Part shown: piece after piece, positions 16,952 through 20,000 of the stretch
Numbering within the stretch: position 1 is the first letter of the stretch
Layout of the letters: the number at the start of each line of letters is the position of its first letter
Sequence record: SRR20825010_2151
DNA length: 20,000 nt
Reading direction: 5' to 3' (one strand)
Made by a program: the position numbers and the translations under genes
Notes under the pieces: model-generated
Seen by the model: only the letters and a program-made list of their open reading frames with translations
What the model was told of the DNA's origin: nothing
The model's database searches: none

Positions 16952-18502
16952 ATGGCACAAAATGACGATAATCAGCTTAAAAAAATCGCAGGGCACGCGA
17001 AAGAGTACGGTTTTATTTTTCAATCCAGCGAAATCTATGATGGCCTTTCTGCCGCGTACGACTACGGCCAAAATGGGGTTGAATTAAAAAACAACATTAA
17101 GCAGTATTGGTGGAAAGCCATGGTGCAAATGAATGAAAACATTGTGGGAATTGATTCGTCAATTTTTATGCACCCCACTACTTGGAAAGCCTCAGGTCAC
17201 GTAGATGCTTTTAATGATCCGATGATCGATAATAAAGATTCGAAAAAAAGGTACCGTGCCGATGTTTTGGTGGAGGAGTACCTCGATAAAATCGAGGCAA
17301 AAATCACTAAGGAAGTAGAAAAAGCTGAAAAGCGTTTTGGCGAAGCTTTCGATAAGGAGCAGTTTATTGCCACCAATCCTAATGTGTTGAGAAATCAGCA
17401 GAAAATGGATGAAATTAGCCAGCGTTTAGGCAATAGCTTAGAAACTGAAAATTTAGCCGATGTAAAGGCGCTTATTGAAGAATTGGGCATTGCCGATCCA
17501 GTTTCTGGTTCTAAAAATTGGACAGACGTTCGTCAGTTCAACCTGATGTTCTCTACAGAAATGGGCTCTGTGGCCGAAGGTGCAAGTAAAATATACTTAC
17601 GTCCAGAAACGGCTCAAGGGATTTTCGTCAATTTCTTGAATGTTCAAAAATCAGGTAGAATGAAGGTGCCTTTTGGTATTGCCCAAATTGGAAAAGCCTT
17701 CAGAAATGAAATTATCGCACGCCAGTTTATCTTCAGAATGCGTGAGTTCGAACAAATGGAAATGCAGTTTTTTGTAAAACCAGGGGAAGAATTGACTTGG
17801 TATGAAAGCTGGAAAGAAAAACGAATTAAATGGCACAAGGCTCTTGGTTTGGGTGATGAAAATTACCGTTTCCATGACCACATTAACTTGGCCCATTATG
17901 CCAATGCGGCAGCCGATATTCAATTCAATTTCCCAATGGGCTTTAAAGAATTGGAAGGAATTCACTCTAGAACCGACTTCGATTTAAAAGCACACGAAGA
18001 GCATTCAGGTAAAAAACTTCAATTCTTCGATGCACTAGAAAACGAGTCTTTTGTGCCTTATGTAGTAGAAACTTCGATTGGTTTGGACCGTATGTTCTTG
18101 GCCGTTTTGACTGCTGCTTATACAGAAGAAACATTGGCAGATGGTAGCGAAAGAACGGTATTGAAAATACCAGCAGCTTTGGCGCCTTATCAGGTGGCCA
18201 TCTTGCCATTATTGAAAAAGGAAGATTCAGGATTGCCACAGAAAGCGAGAGAAGTTCTGGCTGAGCTTCAGTTTGATTTCAATTGCCAATACGATGAAAA
18301 AGATGCGATTGGTAAACGCTATAGAAGGCAGGACGCGATTGGAACACCTTATTGTGTGACTGTCGATCACCAAACTTTGGAAGACAATACCGTTACAATA
18401 CGCGATAGAGATGATTTAAGTCAAATCAGAATCTCTGTTGAGGAGCTTAAAGTAAAACTTACAGAGGTAACTTCAATGACTAATTTGCTTCGAAAATTGT
18501 AA
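16952..18502 (+). CDS. glyQS: Glycine--tRNA ligase, alpha2 (eukaryote-like) type
   Basis: SEIYDG...YDYG..G, WKASGHVDAF.DP, FNLMF, YLRPETAQGIF, GKAFRNEI, FRMREFEQME, ELEGIHSRTDFDL, PYVVETSIGLDR, IGKRYRRQDAIGTP. Confidence 0.96.
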   Translation: MAQNDDNQLKKIAGHAKEYGFIFQSSEIYDGLSAAYDYGQNGVELKNNIKQYWWKAMVQMNENIVGIDSSIFMHPTTWKASGHVDAFNDPMIDNKDSKKRYRADVLVEEYLDKIEAKITKEVEKAEKRFGEAFDKEQFIATNPNVLRNQQKMDEISQRLGNSLETENLADVKALIEELGIADPVSGSKNWTDVRQFNLMFSTEMGSVAEGASKIYLRPETAQGIFVNFLNVQKSGRMKVPFGIAQIGKAFRNEIIARQFIFRMREFEQMEMQFFVKPGEELTWYESWKEKRIKWHKALGLGDENYRFHDHINLAHYANAAADIQFNFPMGFKELEGIHSRTDFDLKAHEEHSGKKLQFFDALENESFVPYVVETSIGLDRMFLAVLTAAYTEETLADGSERTVLKIPAALAPYQVAILPLLKKEDSGLPQKAREVLAELQFDFNCQYDEKDAIGKRYRRQDAIGTPYCVTVDHQTLEDNTVTIRDRDDLSQIRISVEELKVKLTEVTSMTNLLRKL

Positions 18503-18530
18503 TAGTAGTTTGCTTTTTACCCAATTTACT

Positions 18531-18591
18531 GCGGTCTGGTTTTCGGTTTATGGCTTTTAATTGAGCATGAACAGAAAGTCAGACCGTTTTT
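18531..18591 (+). terminator. Long-hairpin terminator after glyQS
   Basis: GCGGTCTGGTTTTCGGTTTATG pairs with CATGAACAGAAAGTCAGACCGT (with G-U pairs and one mismatch), followed by a T-run. Confidence 0.7.
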
Positions 18592-18680
18592 GTTAAGCTC
18601 TTTTCCATCTCATTCTTAAGATGTACTTTGGGTTCTGTTTCGAATAAACGCTATATTTATTCAACTCAAAACCAATATAA

Positions 18681-20000
18681 ATGAAAAATATCCTTCCTTT
18701 CAAGGCTCTTTGCTTATTCTTAGCATTCGTCCTTGTTTCTACCACCTCTTTTGCTCAGCGCAATAGAAAGTCAAACGAAGCAGCTGAAGTCAGCGATCCA
18801 TTAAAAGGAATTTCTCTTGGCACACTAAAATTTAGAAGTGTTGGTCCAGCGCTTACTTCTGGTAGAATTGCTGATATCGCGGTGAACCCCTCTAACCATA
18901 GCGAATTTTATGTAGGAGCAGCGGCTGGGGGTGTCTGGAAAACCACCAATGCAGGAACTACTTTCTCACCAGTTTTCGATGGGCAAGGCTCCTATTCTAT
19001 CGGAACAGTAGAGATTGACCCGAATAACCATAGCGTAATTTGGGTGGGTACTGGCGAGAACAACAACCAGCGTTCGGTTTCTTATGGCGATGGTATTTAT
19101 AAATCAGAAGATGGTGGTAGCTCATGGAAAAACATGGGTTTGAAAAACTCAGAACACATTGGTATGGTTGCCATTGACCCTCGTAACTCTGATGTGGTTT
19201 ACGTTGCTGCTTATGGCCCAGTATGGAGCGCAGGCGGTGATCGTGGCCTTTATAAAACAACTAATGGAGGCGAAAACTGGGAAAAGGTTTTGGAAATCAG
19301 TGAGCACACGGGAGTAAACGAAGTTCACTTCGACCCAAGAAACCCTGATATACTTTATGCCACAGCCCACCAAAGGCGAAGAAGACAATGGACTTATTTA
19401 GGCGGGGGACCAGAATCAGGCATTTACCGATCTCTGGATGCAGGTAAATCTTGGGAAAAAATTAACCGTGGTTTACCTGGCGGAGATAAAGGTAGAATAG
19501 GAATGGCTATTTCGCCAGCAGACCCTGAAGTATTGTATGCCGTAGTCGAAGCTCAAAGCGGCCAAGGTGGTTTTTTTAGAAGCACCAACCGAGGTGCTTC
19601 TTGGCAGAAAATGAGTAGCACTTCTTCTAGCGGAAATTATTATCAAGAAATCGTGGCCGACCCTGTTCATGTAGGTCGTGTTTACCTTTTAGACACATTT
19701 ACCCAAATTACTGAAGACGGTGGAAAGACATTTTCTGGATTGGGCGAAAAAAGTAAGCACTGGGATAATCACGCCATGTGGATTGACCCGAATAATACAG
19801 ACCATTTATTACAAGGTTGTGATGGTGGAGTTTACGAATCGTTCGACAGAGGACAAAACTGGAAGTTCTTTAGCAATTTACCAGTTACTCAATTCTATAA
19901 AGTTTCTGTAGACAACGAGTACCCATTCTATAATATTATGGGCGGAACCCAAGACAACTATAGTTTGCATGGGCCTTCACAGACGCTAAGTCGCCATGGT
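18681..20000 (+). CDS. Secreted VPS10/BNR (Asp-box) repeat beta-propeller protein (often labelled glycosyl hydrolase), 3'-truncated
   Basis: ATG 18681: MKNILPFKALCLFLAFVLVSTTSFAQ signal peptide, FRSVGPALTSGRIADIAV, and repeated Asp-boxes (KTTNAGTTF, KSEDGGSSW, KTTNGGENW, RSLDAGKSW, RSTNRGASW). The same repeat-bearing frame continues to the window end, so the ORF track missed it. Confidence 0.88.
   Translation, partial: MKNILPFKALCLFLAFVLVSTTSFAQRNRKSNEAAEVSDPLKGISLGTLKFRSVGPALTSGRIADIAVNPSNHSEFYVGAAAGGVWKTTNAGTTFSPVFDGQGSYSIGTVEIDPNNHSVIWVGTGENNNQRSVSYGDGIYKSEDGGSSWKNMGLKNSEHIGMVAIDPRNSDVVYVAAYGPVWSAGGDRGLYKTTNGGENWEKVLEISEHTGVNEVHFDPRNPDILYATAHQRRRRQWTYLGGGPESGIYRSLDAGKSWEKINRGLPGGDKGRIGMAISPADPEVLYAVVEAQSGQGGFFRSTNRGASWQKMSSTSSSGNYYQEIVADPVHVGRVYLLDTFTQITEDGGKTFSGLGEKSKHWDNHAMWIDPNNTDHLLQGCDGGVYESFDRGQNWKFFSNLPVTQFYKVSVDNEYPFYNIMGGTQDNYSLHGPSQTLSRHG

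Noticed and set aside
783..19911. Short ORF-track entries (60-122 aa) antisense or out-of-frame within larger genes, e.g. 783-1046, 4515-4883, 15891-16172, 17651-17965, 18997-19911
   Set aside because: They overlap well-supported genes and have no recognisable motifs. Those beyond 18681 are shadows of the VPS10/BNR gene.

Overview
Mostly housekeeping chromosomal DNA from a Bacteroidota bacterium. The lineage (probably Cytophagales) is inferred from the gene set, the TAnnTTTG promoter elements and A-rich, SD-less starts. Gene order: fumC (5'-truncated), coiled-coil/SPOR-like exported protein, recJ, lptB, GH3-family amido-ligase, thioredoxin-like protein (-), a 640-bp intergenic region, CLC-CBS channel (-), mazG (-), NqrM-like small Cys protein, glmM, cysteine desulfurase, lipoprotein, hemH (-), a 560-bp intergenic region, alpha/beta-hydrolase-OsmC fusion, LTXXQ protein (-), DUF2911 (-), glyQS, and a VPS10/BNR-repeat protein (3'-truncated, missing from the ORF track). 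I see no phage, CRISPR, transposase or defence genes, and nothing I can call a confirmed new multi-gene system. The best leads are non-coding: (1) a DnaA-box-like cluster around an exact IHF consensus at 6560-6712 (oriC or datA/DARS-like candidate); (2) a 189-bp nested-palindrome MITE-like element with perfect 17-bp terminal inverted repeats, apparently inserted into the hemH promoter; (3) an orphan minus-strand terminator preceded by a structured ~100-140 nt segment, a candidate unannotated sRNA.
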